From: Gammaproteobacteria bacterium
Lineage (GTDB): Bacteria; Pseudomonadota; Gammaproteobacteria; SZUA-140
DNA length: 64,000 nucleotides
Assembly: GCA_016712635.1 (NCBI GenBank)
Contig: JADJQS010000008.1
Location: 63,104 to 127,103, forward strand
Reading direction: 5' to 3'
Shown here: positions 21,629 through 31,438 of the stretch, piece after piece
How the letters are laid out: every line of letters starts with the position of its first letter
Numbering within the stretch: position 1 is the first letter of the stretch
Made by a program: the position numbers and the translations under genes
Notes under the pieces: model-generated
What the model was told of the DNA's origin: nothing
Seen by the model: only the letters and a program-made list of their open reading frames with translations
Database searches by the model: none

Positions 21629-22636
21629 TCAGCCCTGCGGCGCGGAACGGGAATTCTCCGCCATTTCAATCGCGGCGCTGACTGCGGCGTTGAGGCTGCC
21701 AACATCTGCGAATCCCGTGCCCGCCAGTTCCAAAGCCGTGCCGTGGTCCACCGAGGTGCGGATTATCGGCAGGCCGAGGGTTACATTGATCGCCTGGCCA
21801 AATCCCATGTGCTTTAATACCGGCAATCCCTGATCGTGATACATCGCTACGACCGCGTCGATTCCGGCAAGAATGGCGGGAAGGAATGAGGTGTCTGCCG
21901 GTTTGGGGCCGATTATGTTCAGGCCCTCATTTCTCAGGGCATCAATGACGGGACTTATGATCTCGATCTCTTCCCGACCGAGATTTCCATCCTCACCCGC
22001 GTGCGGGTTCAATCCGCAGACGAGCAGGCGGGGCGCGCTGATGTGAAAATATCTGCGCAGGCTGTCATGCGTTATGCGCAGGGTGGCTTCGATCCGTTCG
22101 CGCGTTATTCCGCCAAAAATATCCTTGAGCGCGAGATGCGTCGTGACCAGGGCTACGCGCAGACCAGGAGTGGCCAGCATCATGACAACATCATGCGTGG
22201 CGGTAATGCCGGCGAGGTACTCGGTGTGCCCGGTGAACTGAATGCCGGCGGAGTTGATCACGCCTTTGTTGACAGGTCCGGTGACCATGGCCGCGAACTC
22301 CCCCTTCATGCATCCGTCCGCCGCACGCTTGAGCGTGTTGAGGACATAGGCGGCATTTTCCGGATCCGGAATGCCGCTGACGGCAGGTTGCGGGCAGCGC
22401 ACCGGGAGGATTTCGATTGTGCCAGCCGGCTGAATGTGGGCGTCGCCATTCGGCTGATACTCTTTCAGGGAAATCGGCAACCTGAGCTGATGCGCACGTG
22501 CGAGGAGCAGGTCAGGGTCTGCTATCACGACGATGGACGCGGGAAAGGACCGCTGCGCGGCTTGAATGCAGATATCCGGCCCGATGCCCGCCGGCTCTCC
22601 CGGCGTCAGGGCGATGCGGAGAATTTCACCGCTCAC
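21629..22636 (-). CDS. pdxA: 4-hydroxythreonine-4-phosphate dehydrogenase
   Basis: ALTPGEPAGIGPD, TGHTEYL, CGLNPHAGE, YHDQGL and RTSVDHGTA. The GTG at 22636 gives about 335 aa; the ORF is open to 22711, overlapping surA. Confidence 0.93.
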   Translation of the reverse strand: MSGEILRIALTPGEPAGIGPDICIQAAQRSFPASIVVIADPDLLLARAHQLRLPISLKEYQPNGDAHIQPAGTIEILPVRCPQPAVSGIPDPENAAYVLNTLKRAADGCMKGEFAAMVTGPVNKGVINSAGIQFTGHTEYLAGITATHDVVMMLATPGLRVALVTTHLALKDIFGGITRERIEATLRITHDSLRRYFHISAPRLLVCGLNPHAGEDGNLGREEIEIISPVIDALRNEGLNIIGPKPADTSFLPAILAGIDAVVAMYHDQGLPVLKHMGFGQAINVTLGLPIIRTSVDHGTALELAGTGFADVGSLNAAVSAAIEMAENSRSAPQG

Positions 22637-22662
22637 GGAGGTGTCCGGTCGTTCGCTCGCGG

Positions 22663-23976
22663 TTACAGGCGATATTCGACATAGGCCTCGTCGCGCAGTC
22701 GTCTCAACCACTCTTCGGTACCTTCTTCGATCTTGCGCTGGAAGATGGCATCGCGGGCCTTATCGCGGGTGAATTCCTCCGTGTCGTCATGCTCTCTCCG
22801 CTCCTGAACCTGGATCAGGTGCCAGCCAAAACGCGTCTTGACAGGATCGCTGACTTCCCCGGGCGCCAGTGTGTTCATCGCCGTCTCGAAATCAGGGATC
22901 ATCTCGCCGGGGTCCACCCAGTCGAGATCACCTCCGCTCGGCGCGGTTGCCTTGTCTTCGGATATGTCGCGGGCAAGTGCGGCAAAATCCTCGCCGGCCG
23001 CTATGCGCTCTTTGATGTCGTAGAGGATATCCTGGGCATTCTGGTCTGTCGTAAGTGCGCTCAGGCGCACTAGTATGTGGCGCGCACGGGTTTGCGTGAC
23101 AATGTGCTGCTGACCGGCCCGGTGGTCAAACAGCTTGATGATATGAAAACCGCTTGGGCTGCGCGTCAAATTGCTGAGTTCTCCGGGTTTCATATTAGGT
23201 ACCAGTTCGGCGAACAGGGTAGGCAGTTCGCCAGCCTTGCGCCATCCAAGATCGCCGCCGTTGAGTGCTTGCTGACCATCAGATGATGAGATCGCAGCCT
23301 GATGGAAGTCTGCGCCTGATTTCAGCTGGCTCAGTACGCTATCAGCCCTTGTCTGTGCCTGCTGGATCTGGTCCGGAGTGGCTGCCTCCGGCAGAGAAAT
23401 CAGAATGTGGCCGATATGATATTCGTCGGATCCATTACCCTGCCGGCGCTGAGTGGCAAGAAATCCATCCACTTCCTGGTCGGTGATGGTGACGCGGCTG
23501 TCGACATATTGTTGCCGTAGGCGCCGCAAGACGATCTCCTTGCGTATATCCTCCCGGAATTTTACGAAGTCCAATCCGTCTTCTTGCAGCACATCGCGGA
23601 ATTCCTCCAGCGTCATGCCATTCTGGGAGGCTATTCCGCTGATCGCCTGATTCAATGCTTCATCGTCCACGCGGATACCGTTGCCTTCCGCGAGCTGCAG
23701 CTGTATCTGCTCCAGCACAGCGCGCTCGAGTAATTGTTTTTGCAGCGTCTGGTTGGGCGGTATTTGCATACCTTGCCGGTGCAATTGAAGCTTGATTGAC
23801 GCAATCTTGTCGTTTAATTCACTCTCGGCAATGAAATTATCGTCAACTATGGCGACGATGCGATCGATCACATCATTGCTATGACGTTCATCGGCGCTCC
23901 AGGCAGGGCCGGGTACTGCTGCCAACATCAGCATGATGAATGGGAACACGGGAAAATGGGGTGGCCGGGGTGTCAT
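22663..23976 (-). CDS. surA: Periplasmic chaperone/peptidyl-prolyl isomerase SurA
   Basis: Signal peptide (FIMLMLAAVPGPAWSA), SurA N-domain (DRIVAIVDD..I..SEL) and two parvulin domains (RHILV..., GGDLGW...). Alternative starts are at 24009 and 24054. Confidence 0.92.
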   Translation of the reverse strand: MTPRPPHFPVFPFIMLMLAAVPGPAWSADERHSNDVIDRIVAIVDDNFIAESELNDKIASIKLQLHRQGMQIPPNQTLQKQLLERAVLEQIQLQLAEGNGIRVDDEALNQAISGIASQNGMTLEEFRDVLQEDGLDFVKFREDIRKEIVLRRLRQQYVDSRVTITDQEVDGFLATQRRQGNGSDEYHIGHILISLPEAATPDQIQQAQTRADSVLSQLKSGADFHQAAISSSDGQQALNGGDLGWRKAGELPTLFAELVPNMKPGELSNLTRSPSGFHIIKLFDHRAGQQHIVTQTRARHILVRLSALTTDQNAQDILYDIKERIAAGEDFAALARDISEDKATAPSGGDLDWVDPGEMIPDFETAMNTLAPGEVSDPVKTRFGWHLIQVQERREHDDTEEFTRDKARDAIFQRKIEEGTEEWLRRLRDEAYVEYRL

Positions 23977-23998
23977 GTGTGTGTCCACTGGTAAAGTG

Positions 23999-26227
23999 TT
24001 AATTTTCATAGCCAAGAATTCCCTGTCCCAATACGCTTTCGAGACTGTCGCCAATGCTGGTCAGTCCCTTCAGCTCAAATTGAATATAGAGATTCTCCCT
24101 GGTTTCGCCAAGATCATCATTGATGTAGCGGCGATTGACTAGTTGTGTGCGCCAGCAACAGCTTTGATACTCCAGACCAGCCAAAGTTTCCAGCGCGCGG
24201 TGGTCCAGCAGGGAATAATTACGGCGACCTATGATATGCCAGTGCCTTCCTAGGGGCCAGAGGAATGATATGTCCGACTGTTCCAGTTCTGATTCACGAT
24301 ATCGATAGGCTATGTTGAATATGCTATGGGCATTCGGCATGTATTGCAGGTGTACACTGCCTTTGTCGATTTTTCTTGATTCCTGGTTCCAGCGCACGTC
24401 CAGCCTGGATGTGAGCTTCGGTAGAATGGAGGCAACTGATTCAGCAACGACATCAGATGTGCTCTCGGTTTCGGGCTGGTTGTTCAGGCTAACCTCGCGA
24501 TCCTTGAAATAGAAGATACGGCCGATACTGGCACGCAGCCTTTCGCTGCCGGTCTCTTTCTCGAAGAAGCGCGTGGTTAATGCCATGCTGATTTGGTTCG
24601 CATCCCCGACCCGGTCGTTGCCGCTAAACCTGTTGTTACGGAATAGTTGTGAGTAACTAAAGTCAGGCAGGGCGGTATCGAACAGAGGAATATCAGTTTG
24701 CTCGCGAAAAGGGCTGTATAGATAGTATAGCCTGGGCTCGAGCGTATGAATCATTGCACTCGTTCCCCATTGGCTGTCCCTTTCAAGAAATACCCCGCTG
24801 TCCATCGACAACGACGGCACGGTCCGGCTGGGGCGCGAATCTTGTAAAGGATCACTGCTGTTGAGCGTATATAGGGTCTGCCTCAATCTGATTGTAGGTG
24901 TCAGAAAGGCGGAGAGCGATCTGAAGGGGTATTCGATGCTGGGTTGCAGATCAATCCTGCGGCCTGATATCCGGTCATCATGCTTGAAGTCAACATATTC
25001 ACCGAAAACATTATAATTGAGTGCGCCATCTTCATCCGGCTTGATGGTTCTGAACAATAGTTGTGGCAAGCGTTGATATGGCTTGCTGTCATCCGGGATG
25101 GTGTCATCAACAGTCTGATAGTTTTCCAAGCGGACGGCGGATGTCCAGAGATCGCTTCGGTAATCCAGGCTGGCGAGTTGCCTCAGATGAGTGATGCTGG
25201 ATAAGCTCAGGCTGTTGCCAAGTTCGCGGAAATATTCCGTATCCGACACATGCACGATGTCAATATTCGAGCTCAGATGGTTTGTGAAGCGTGACATGTT
25301 CTGGAAACTGAATAGACTGCGATCCTTGCCGGCGAGATCGTCGCCGGGTAAGTACTCCAGGTCAAGCTGGCCCCGATTGATCGGGCTCAAATAGCGGAGT
25401 TCACTGGTAATCATGGAGCCGCGTTTGGATATAAGTCGCGGAGTCAGGGTTGCGTCGAATTGAGGCGCAAGATTTATATAGTAGGGCAGTGTGAATTCCG
25501 TTCCATTGTCATTCGAGTGGGCGTAGCTGGGGGTTAGAAAGCCGGATTTCCGCCGATCGTCGATAGGAAAGCTGATATAAGGAAAATAAAAGAATGGAAC
25601 TCGCTTGAATGAAAGCATGACATTTTTTGCGGTTCCGACCCCGCTGTTCTGGTCCAAGCGCAGCTTGCTTGATCTCAGAAGCCAAGCATTATCCTCTATG
25701 TCGCACGTCGTGTAGGTTACTCCGCTCAGTATTGTGAGATCCTTGCTCTCAATCGTTGCAGCTTCAGCAGTTCCACGGGCATGCCTCGATGGGAGGTCAT
25801 AGGAGGTTTCATTTATGATGCCGGTGTTTCTGCCAAGTGATAGCTCCGCATTCTCGCCGCTGATGGCAAGGTCATCATTGAAGTATAGAATATGTCCTTC
25901 AGCATGCAGCTGATCTGATGTTTTCCAGTAAGTCGCTGAGTCAGCCCGCAGGTATTGGTTAGTCTGCCTTGCGCGGATATCACCTCGGAGTAGCACGATA
26001 TCCCGGTTCAATATTTCAGCTTCGTCAGCGGAAAGTATGGTCTCGCCGTTATGCTGTCCATTGAATAAGTCAGAAGGCAGTGTGTTCGCTTCTGTGCGCG
26101 GTTTGCAGAGCCCCCATTGCTCATCGTCGATAACAGCGCTGCCAGTGGCGGGTACAAAGGCAAGGAATAACAGGACGTAAATCCGAAAGGATATGGTTTT
26201 GTGAATGCCAGATGTCTGGTGCATCAC
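23999..26227 (-). CDS. lptD: LPS assembly outer-membrane protein LptD
   Basis: 742 aa with a signal peptide, an OstA-like N-domain (ADSATYWKTSDQLHAEGHI) and a long beta-barrel rich in Y/F-x-alternation. It sits in the conserved position upstream of surA. Its GC content is noticeably lower than that of surA. Confidence 0.92.
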   Translation of the reverse strand: MMHQTSGIHKTISFRIYVLLFLAFVPATGSAVIDDEQWGLCKPRTEANTLPSDLFNGQHNGETILSADEAEILNRDIVLLRGDIRARQTNQYLRADSATYWKTSDQLHAEGHILYFNDDLAISGENAELSLGRNTGIINETSYDLPSRHARGTAEAATIESKDLTILSGVTYTTCDIEDNAWLLRSSKLRLDQNSGVGTAKNVMLSFKRVPFFYFPYISFPIDDRRKSGFLTPSYAHSNDNGTEFTLPYYINLAPQFDATLTPRLISKRGSMITSELRYLSPINRGQLDLEYLPGDDLAGKDRSLFSFQNMSRFTNHLSSNIDIVHVSDTEYFRELGNSLSLSSITHLRQLASLDYRSDLWTSAVRLENYQTVDDTIPDDSKPYQRLPQLLFRTIKPDEDGALNYNVFGEYVDFKHDDRISGRRIDLQPSIEYPFRSLSAFLTPTIRLRQTLYTLNSSDPLQDSRPSRTVPSLSMDSGVFLERDSQWGTSAMIHTLEPRLYYLYSPFREQTDIPLFDTALPDFSYSQLFRNNRFSGNDRVGDANQISMALTTRFFEKETGSERLRASIGRIFYFKDREVSLNNQPETESTSDVVAESVASILPKLTSRLDVRWNQESRKIDKGSVHLQYMPNAHSIFNIAYRYRESELEQSDISFLWPLGRHWHIIGRRNYSLLDHRALETLAGLEYQSCCWRTQLVNRRYINDDLGETRENLYIQFELKGLTSIGDSLESVLGQGILGYEN

Positions 26228-26690
26228 AGCAATTTAACCCAGACTACTTGCATGATTCGGTCTAAGAAGCACATCTCTCATGGCTTGTAATGGAGTACGG
26301 CCGGCATCCAAAATGCTAGTTAAGTTGTTGTCTTTCGTAATATTCTGATATCGGGGTATTCTTTATGATTTGTAGTTGACTGTCAAACGTACGGGTGTAC
26401 GACAAATTGAGAAGTGGGTGATTAAATCAACATTTCCGGTTTTATCAATTAAGCCCATGTGCTGCCCTTTGCCCGCGAGGAAGTTTGTGTGGATGAGATC
26501 CTCATTGTGACGCAGACCTCATCACTTCTGTGATTCATTCCGCAAATCATGGAAATGTAATCAATCCCACCTGGCATAGTGTCGATACTTCTCAATAGAA
26601 TCCCGTACGTTAAATTTCAGGTGAGTGGATCCAGGGATCCTTTTTGCAGGACGAATCGTTCGAATCAGGAATGCCGGAGGAAAGGATGAT

Positions 26691-27629
26691 ATGAGCATGC
26701 CCACCGTACAGATAAAGCCTCATAACCACTCGCAGCCGGTGCAAGATGCCACGACCAGGGATGGTGAACCACTGTTGGATATCAAGGCACGTATCAAGCG
26801 TCTGGATAAACTGCCACCCATGCCTGAGATGACGCAAAAGATCTTGCGTCTTAGTGCCAAGACCGATGCGGACGTCAAGGAACTGGTGGAAGTCGTGGAG
26901 CTGGATCCTAGCTTGGCATCCCAAGTGATGCGTTATGCAAGCTCACCTTTCTTCAGCTATCAAGGTCGGATAGAGTCGGTGCAAACGGCCATTACACGGG
27001 TGCTTGGGTTTAACACGGTAATGAATCTGGCATTGAACGCGACTGCAGCAAGACCCTTCAAAATCGCACGGAATGTGCCGCTTGGGCTGGATGCTTTCTG
27101 GCGCCATACCGTATACAGTGCAGCCCTGGTTCAGGCATTGAGCAGTGCAGTGCCGAAAGAAATACGTCCACCGGCGGGAATCGCCTACCTGGCGGGACTG
27201 CTGCACAATTTCGGCCATTTGTTGCTGGGCCATCTCTTCAAGCAGGAGTTTCTAATTCTTAACAAGTTTGTGATCAAGTATCCTGACAAGCCCGTCGAAC
27301 TTATCGAGCACCGCGTGCTCGGCACCGACCATGGAATGATCGGTGCGTGGTTAATGGAGGCATGGCAGTTGCCTGAAGAGATTGTGGTGGCGGTTCGAGA
27401 GCATCACAATGAAAACTACCAGGAGATCCACGCCGTTTACCCTCAGCTTGTCTTTCTCGCGGACAGGCTTCTCAAAGGCTACAACATCGGCGATGCTGTG
27501 GATGCGCAGGTGCCACCGGCATTGCTTGACTCACTGGGAATCGGCGAGTACCAGGCTATGACGATAACAGCAAAAATCATGGAGGGATGCGAGGGCCTGG
27601 ATAGTATGGCCTCCAGCTTTGCCTCGTAG
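26691..27629 (+). CDS. HDOD-domain signalling protein
   Basis: Has LPPMPEMTQKILRL, DPSLASQVMRYASSPFF, AITRVLGFNTVMNLAL and later HNFGHLLL / DHGMIGAWL His-Asp motifs. The ATG at 26691 is preceded by GGAGGAAAGG. Confidence 0.8.
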   Translation: MSMPTVQIKPHNHSQPVQDATTRDGEPLLDIKARIKRLDKLPPMPEMTQKILRLSAKTDADVKELVEVVELDPSLASQVMRYASSPFFSYQGRIESVQTAITRVLGFNTVMNLALNATAARPFKIARNVPLGLDAFWRHTVYSAALVQALSSAVPKEIRPPAGIAYLAGLLHNFGHLLLGHLFKQEFLILNKFVIKYPDKPVELIEHRVLGTDHGMIGAWLMEAWQLPEEIVVAVREHHNENYQEIHAVYPQLVFLADRLLKGYNIGDAVDAQVPPALLDSLGIGEYQAMTITAKIMEGCEGLDSMASSFAS

Positions 27630-27659
27630 CCTTGGTATTTCTGTAAGTATAAACATAGC

Positions 27660-27688
27660 GCCGGAGCATGCAGTTATGCATCTCCGGC
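27660..27688. terminator. Strong hairpin between the convergent HDOD and rhodanese-MoeB genes (possible bidirectional terminator)
   Basis: GCCGGAGCATGCA-gtta-TGCATCTCCGGC gives about 12 bp with one bulge. The flanking T/A runs are weak. Confidence 0.5.
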
Positions 27689-27696
27689 CCATTTGT

Positions 27697-28866
27697 TCAG
27701 GCATTAGATGCGCAGACCTGCGCGTAGTCTTGATATCCCGGGAATACAGCGCCCTCGCCGCAATATCGACACTTTGGATTCTTCTTGACCTTAAGCTCCG
27801 TAAACCGGCCTGACAGGGCATCGTAATGCAGCATACGGCCGACCAGAGGGTCACCTAGATCGAGCAGAATCTTGATGACCTCAATGGCCTGCAGTAGGCC
27901 GAAGATGCCGGGCATGACTCCTAAAACGCCCGCTTCCGCGCATGAGGGGGCGAATTCCGGAGGCGGTGGTTCGGGGAACATGCATCGATAGCAGTTTCCA
28001 TGCTTCTTATCATATTCAGGCCAAAATACGGTGATCTGCCCTTCGAATCGATAGACCGCAGCATGGACGTTCGGTTTGCCCAGTTTTACACATGCGTCAT
28101 TTATCAGGAATCGGGTGGCCAGGTTGTCTGTTCCATCTACGATCACATCGTACTCGGACATGATTTCTTCTACATTCGTGCTGTCGAGATGCGTACGGTA
28201 GCCAACTACCTTAATACCCGGGTTTAATGCCTCAAGCGCTATGCGGGCTGATTCGACCTTGGGCATGCCCACGCGAGCATCTGTGTGCAGAATCTGCCTT
28301 TGCAGGTTGCTGCGATCAACGACATCATGATCAACAAGTCCGATGGTACCTACACCTGCCGCTGCAAGATAGTAAGCTGCAGGGGAGCCGAGACCGCCAG
28401 CCCCGATCAGCAGTACTTTGCTGTCTAGTAATTTGAGCTGTCCTGCTTCTCCGACGTCGGGCATTAACAAGTGGCGTGAATAGCGTTCACGCGCTTCAGC
28501 ATCCAGTATGCGTGGGATCTCGAAAGGCTGGCCCAAATTTTTCCACCGACTGAATCCGCCCCCTACTGAGCGGACGTCCTTGTAGCCCAATCTTTTTAGT
28601 GATTCAGCGGCGAACAGGGAGCGGACACCCCCCGCACACATGACCAGAATGGTCCGGTCCAAGTCCGGGACCATGTCCTCAATTCTTAATTCCAGGAATC
28701 CCCTGCCGAGACGACAGGCGCCGACCGGGCTGCCTTGGGCCACTTCATCTGTATCGCGTACATCGACAAGTGCTGCGCCGTTACGGCTTAGAGTGAGAGC
28801 ATCTTCGGGGGAGACTTCTGGTATGGAATCGCGTAGTTCTGCGAGTCGTCGATCTTTGGCCTTCAT
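27697..28866 (-). CDS. Rhodanese-MoeB/ThiF fusion: N-terminal sulfurtransferase domain plus E1-like adenylyltransferase
   Basis: Residues ~20-125 form a rhodanese domain with the active-site loop CAGGVRS. The rest is MoeB/ThiF (RYSRHLLMPDVG, LLIGAGGLGSPAAYYLAAAG, DRSNLQRQILH, catalytic-loop CAEAGVLG, and the Zn motifs CYRC and CRYC). Confidence 0.88.
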   Translation of the reverse strand: MKAKDRRLAELRDSIPEVSPEDALTLSRNGAALVDVRDTDEVAQGSPVGACRLGRGFLELRIEDMVPDLDRTILVMCAGGVRSLFAAESLKRLGYKDVRSVGGGFSRWKNLGQPFEIPRILDAEARERYSRHLLMPDVGEAGQLKLLDSKVLLIGAGGLGSPAAYYLAAAGVGTIGLVDHDVVDRSNLQRQILHTDARVGMPKVESARIALEALNPGIKVVGYRTHLDSTNVEEIMSEYDVIVDGTDNLATRFLINDACVKLGKPNVHAAVYRFEGQITVFWPEYDKKHGNCYRCMFPEPPPPEFAPSCAEAGVLGVMPGIFGLLQAIEVIKILLDLGDPLVGRMLHYDALSGRFTELKVKKNPKCRYCGEGAVFPGYQDYAQVCASNA

Positions 28867-29052
28867 GTATAGACCTCCAGCCTGTAATTAAATAGATCAG
28901 ATGGGGAGTGCGATACAACATGAATGAAGCCCGCAAGTGATTGTTGCAGGCGAAAGCATGCCTTATATAGCGCGAAATTATATACCAAATGGATCAAACT
29001 CGCATCTGTGAAATGAGGCGATACCGACATATCGACCATTTCTGCAGGAGCC

Positions 29053-29841
29053 TTAGAACACTTCTGCGTGATCTGGTCTGGCAACCTGCAGTTTAGATAG
29101 TCCGCAGATCTCGCATTTCGGATCTTTGGTGAACCGGGATTGGCGCCATTCAGGCTTGGCGGCATCAAATTGCAGCAGGCGTCCACTGAGGGATGTCCCA
29201 AGTCCAAGCAGAAGTTTGAGTGCCTCGGTAGCCATCATGCTGCCAATGATTCCTGTCAGAGGGGCTAGCACTCCGCTTTCGCTGCATGATCCCATCGGTT
29301 CCTGATCTGCTTGAAGTGGATAGAGGCAATTCAGGCATGGGTTTTGTTCGAAGTTGTTGAAGACCGTTACCTGCCCTATAAGGCCGGTAGCGGCTCCCCA
29401 CACGAGTGGGGTCTGTGTCATAACGCAAGCGTTATTTATGGTGTAACGGCAATTAAAATTATCACTGGCGTCGATAACAACGTCGGCATGACTGGCATAA
29501 TCCGCTAGTTCATTTAAGGTTAGCTGCCGCTCAATCGTGACGATATGCACATCGGGGTTAAGCGAATGCAGGCGGTCACGTGCTGATTCAATTTTTAGCC
29601 TATTTAATTCGGGCATGCTATGGAGAATCTGTCGCTGCAGATTGCCAAGATCAACATGGTCATGATCATTTAACATCAACTCGCCAATACCGCTGGCGGC
29701 AAGATACATGGCTGACGGGGATCCGAGCCCCCCGAGTCCGACGATCATGACCTTGGAATTCAGTAGTCGCTCTTGGCCGGCAAGATCAATTTCCGGCATG
29801 AGGATATGCCGGCTATAGCGCTCTAGTTGACGGTCAAGCAC
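29053..29841 (-). CDS. MoeB/ThiF/HesA-family E1-like adenylyltransferase (second copy, no rhodanese)
   Basis: 262 aa with RYSRHILMPEID, MIVGLGGLGSPSAMYLAASG, LGNLQRQILH, CSESGVLAP and the Zn motifs CLNC and CEIC. Confidence 0.88.
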   Translation of the reverse strand: MLDRQLERYSRHILMPEIDLAGQERLLNSKVMIVGLGGLGSPSAMYLAASGIGELMLNDHDHVDLGNLQRQILHSMPELNRLKIESARDRLHSLNPDVHIVTIERQLTLNELADYASHADVVIDASDNFNCRYTINNACVMTQTPLVWGAATGLIGQVTVFNNFEQNPCLNCLYPLQADQEPMGSCSESGVLAPLTGIIGSMMATEALKLLLGLGTSLSGRLLQFDAAKPEWRQSRFTKDPKCEICGLSKLQVARPDHAEVF

Positions 29842-29862
29842 ACATAGTTCCGCCGCAGTCGA

Positions 29863-30801
29863 TCAGTTAAATGTGTAGACATAACAGCAGGACTGCGGGG
29901 TACGTCCGTCGTCCGCCCAGCCGCCCAAGAGATAAATCGAGTCATTCATCACACCCACCCCGGTGGCGGCAAGGGGCTGTGGAATTGGCGGCATGATATG
30001 CCATTCATTCTTCGTAAAGTCGAAACAGGCGCAATGGTCGCTAATCCCGTCACCACTATATCCCCCAAATATGAAGAGATGGTCGGAGATCGAGCATGCG
30101 GCAGCGCCAGCAGCAGTCCATGGGAGGGCTAGTTCTTCTCGAGACCATTTTCCAGTAGCAGGATCATAGGACTCGATATGATCAAAATTGTTGAATCCCT
30201 GTGGAGTAAATGCAACTCCACCCATGGTCAAGATGCGGTGATTCATGACAATTGCGTCGAGTGCAAATCTAGGCGTCGGTAGTGGTGCGATTTGTTCCCA
30301 TTTGCCGGTGCGCAGGTCCAGTCGTTCACAGAAATCAAAACCAGGATCAGTTTTCGGGCCAGATAACGTGGCATCCGGATGATGGCCGCCGAGTATGTAG
30401 ATATAGTTGCCGAGCAGTGCTCCTGCCGGGTAATCGTGCGGCATGATCATGTCCGGACCCTTGTTCCAAGTATCGGATTCCGGATGGTAGATCTCAGTGG
30501 TTCTCAAGAAACGGAAAGTGCCATTCTCCTGCTTGAAGCCACCGCCAATGATGTAAATAGAATCGCCAACAGTGGTGGCTATTGCGCCTGACCTGAGTGT
30601 CGGCATATCAGCGCCAGTTTCCCAAGTGTTTGATTCAGGGTTATAAATGATGACCGAGTTTAGGCTCTTGAAATTTGGGCCGCCTCCGCCGAAGCCATAG
30701 ATCTTCCCGCCGAAACTGGCTGTTGGGCAGTGTGAACGAGCGACAGGAAGGGACGGTTTAACTCCCCATATTCCTTGATGATAAATGTTGGATTTTTTCA
30801 T
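29863..30801 (-). CDS. Six-bladed Kelch-repeat beta-propeller protein, no signal peptide
   Basis: 312 aa with six units of the type hydrophobic-IY-x-GG...(Y/F)-P/D-x-x-x-x-W (for example GGKIYGFGGGG...YNPESNTWE, and DSIYIIGGGF...YHPESDTWN). It ends 21 nt upstream of the ThiF-like gene. Confidence 0.85.
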   Translation of the reverse strand: MKKSNIYHQGIWGVKPSLPVARSHCPTASFGGKIYGFGGGGPNFKSLNSVIIYNPESNTWETGADMPTLRSGAIATTVGDSIYIIGGGFKQENGTFRFLRTTEIYHPESDTWNKGPDMIMPHDYPAGALLGNYIYILGGHHPDATLSGPKTDPGFDFCERLDLRTGKWEQIAPLPTPRFALDAIVMNHRILTMGGVAFTPQGFNNFDHIESYDPATGKWSREELALPWTAAGAAACSISDHLFIFGGYSGDGISDHCACFDFTKNEWHIMPPIPQPLAATGVGVMNDSIYLLGGWADDGRTPQSCCYVYTFN

Positions 30802-31438
30802 ATCGCTTTCTCGTTAAGATGACCGGAATTAACCCTTGCCTATATGACAACGGTTGACGGCGTAGTTCCTAAGGGTGATTGAAGTTGAACTCGAAAGGTC
30901 TTTCCCATCGGTTCGATAATACTCATTCACACAGAAAAAACCAAAGGCACATTGATTCTTATCAATTTCTAAATTTGTGTGAAGTCGTTGGGGGTGCCTG
31001 GCAGCTTACAGCATTAACTGGCTCTGCTGAGCTTAAGTATGAGGCTGATCCACGGAAGCCATAATTTCGTATTATGTAAATTTGTGCTATTCTTCCATAA
31101 GCTTTACCCATATTCGTAAATGGGCATGAGATCAGGTGTTAGAGCCACGTGTCGATACCTGATTCGACGTTCTCGCTGTGCAAGGGTATGCAACATGGGG
31201 CGCAACTGTTTATACCTGCCCCTATCACCTCGTCAAGGATGGCTCAAGCTTGTCTGGCATCAGACACGGTTTTTTAATGCATTTTCGAACTCTCAGGGAC
31301 GGATTTTGGACTAACGCTTGTGGATGCTACGGAGCATGAGGTCCATGGTCATGATTCGTTGTAATTAAGGTGAGTGACCAGCCGATATAGATTGTTTGAA
31401 TACTCCAAATAAGCATAAGCCGTCGAGGAGATATAGTC

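Noticed and set aside
28863-29040. 58-codon ORF (MVDMSVSPHF...RLEVYT) filling the gap between the two MoeB/ThiF genes. Its TGA overlaps the ATG of the rhodanese-MoeB gene. I considered it as a possible missing ThiS/MoaD-like partner.
   Set aside because: It has no Shine-Dalgarno, no C-terminal Gly-Gly and no similarity to ubiquitin-like sulfur carriers that I can see. The overlap can be explained by the GGAGG SD/ATG of the downstream gene. Worth a quick HHpred but not reportable as a gene.
31120-31314. 64-aa ORF in the moaA leader.
   Set aside because: It has no SD and an Arg/Cys-rich improbable sequence, and it overlaps the structured region proposed as a riboswitch candidate.
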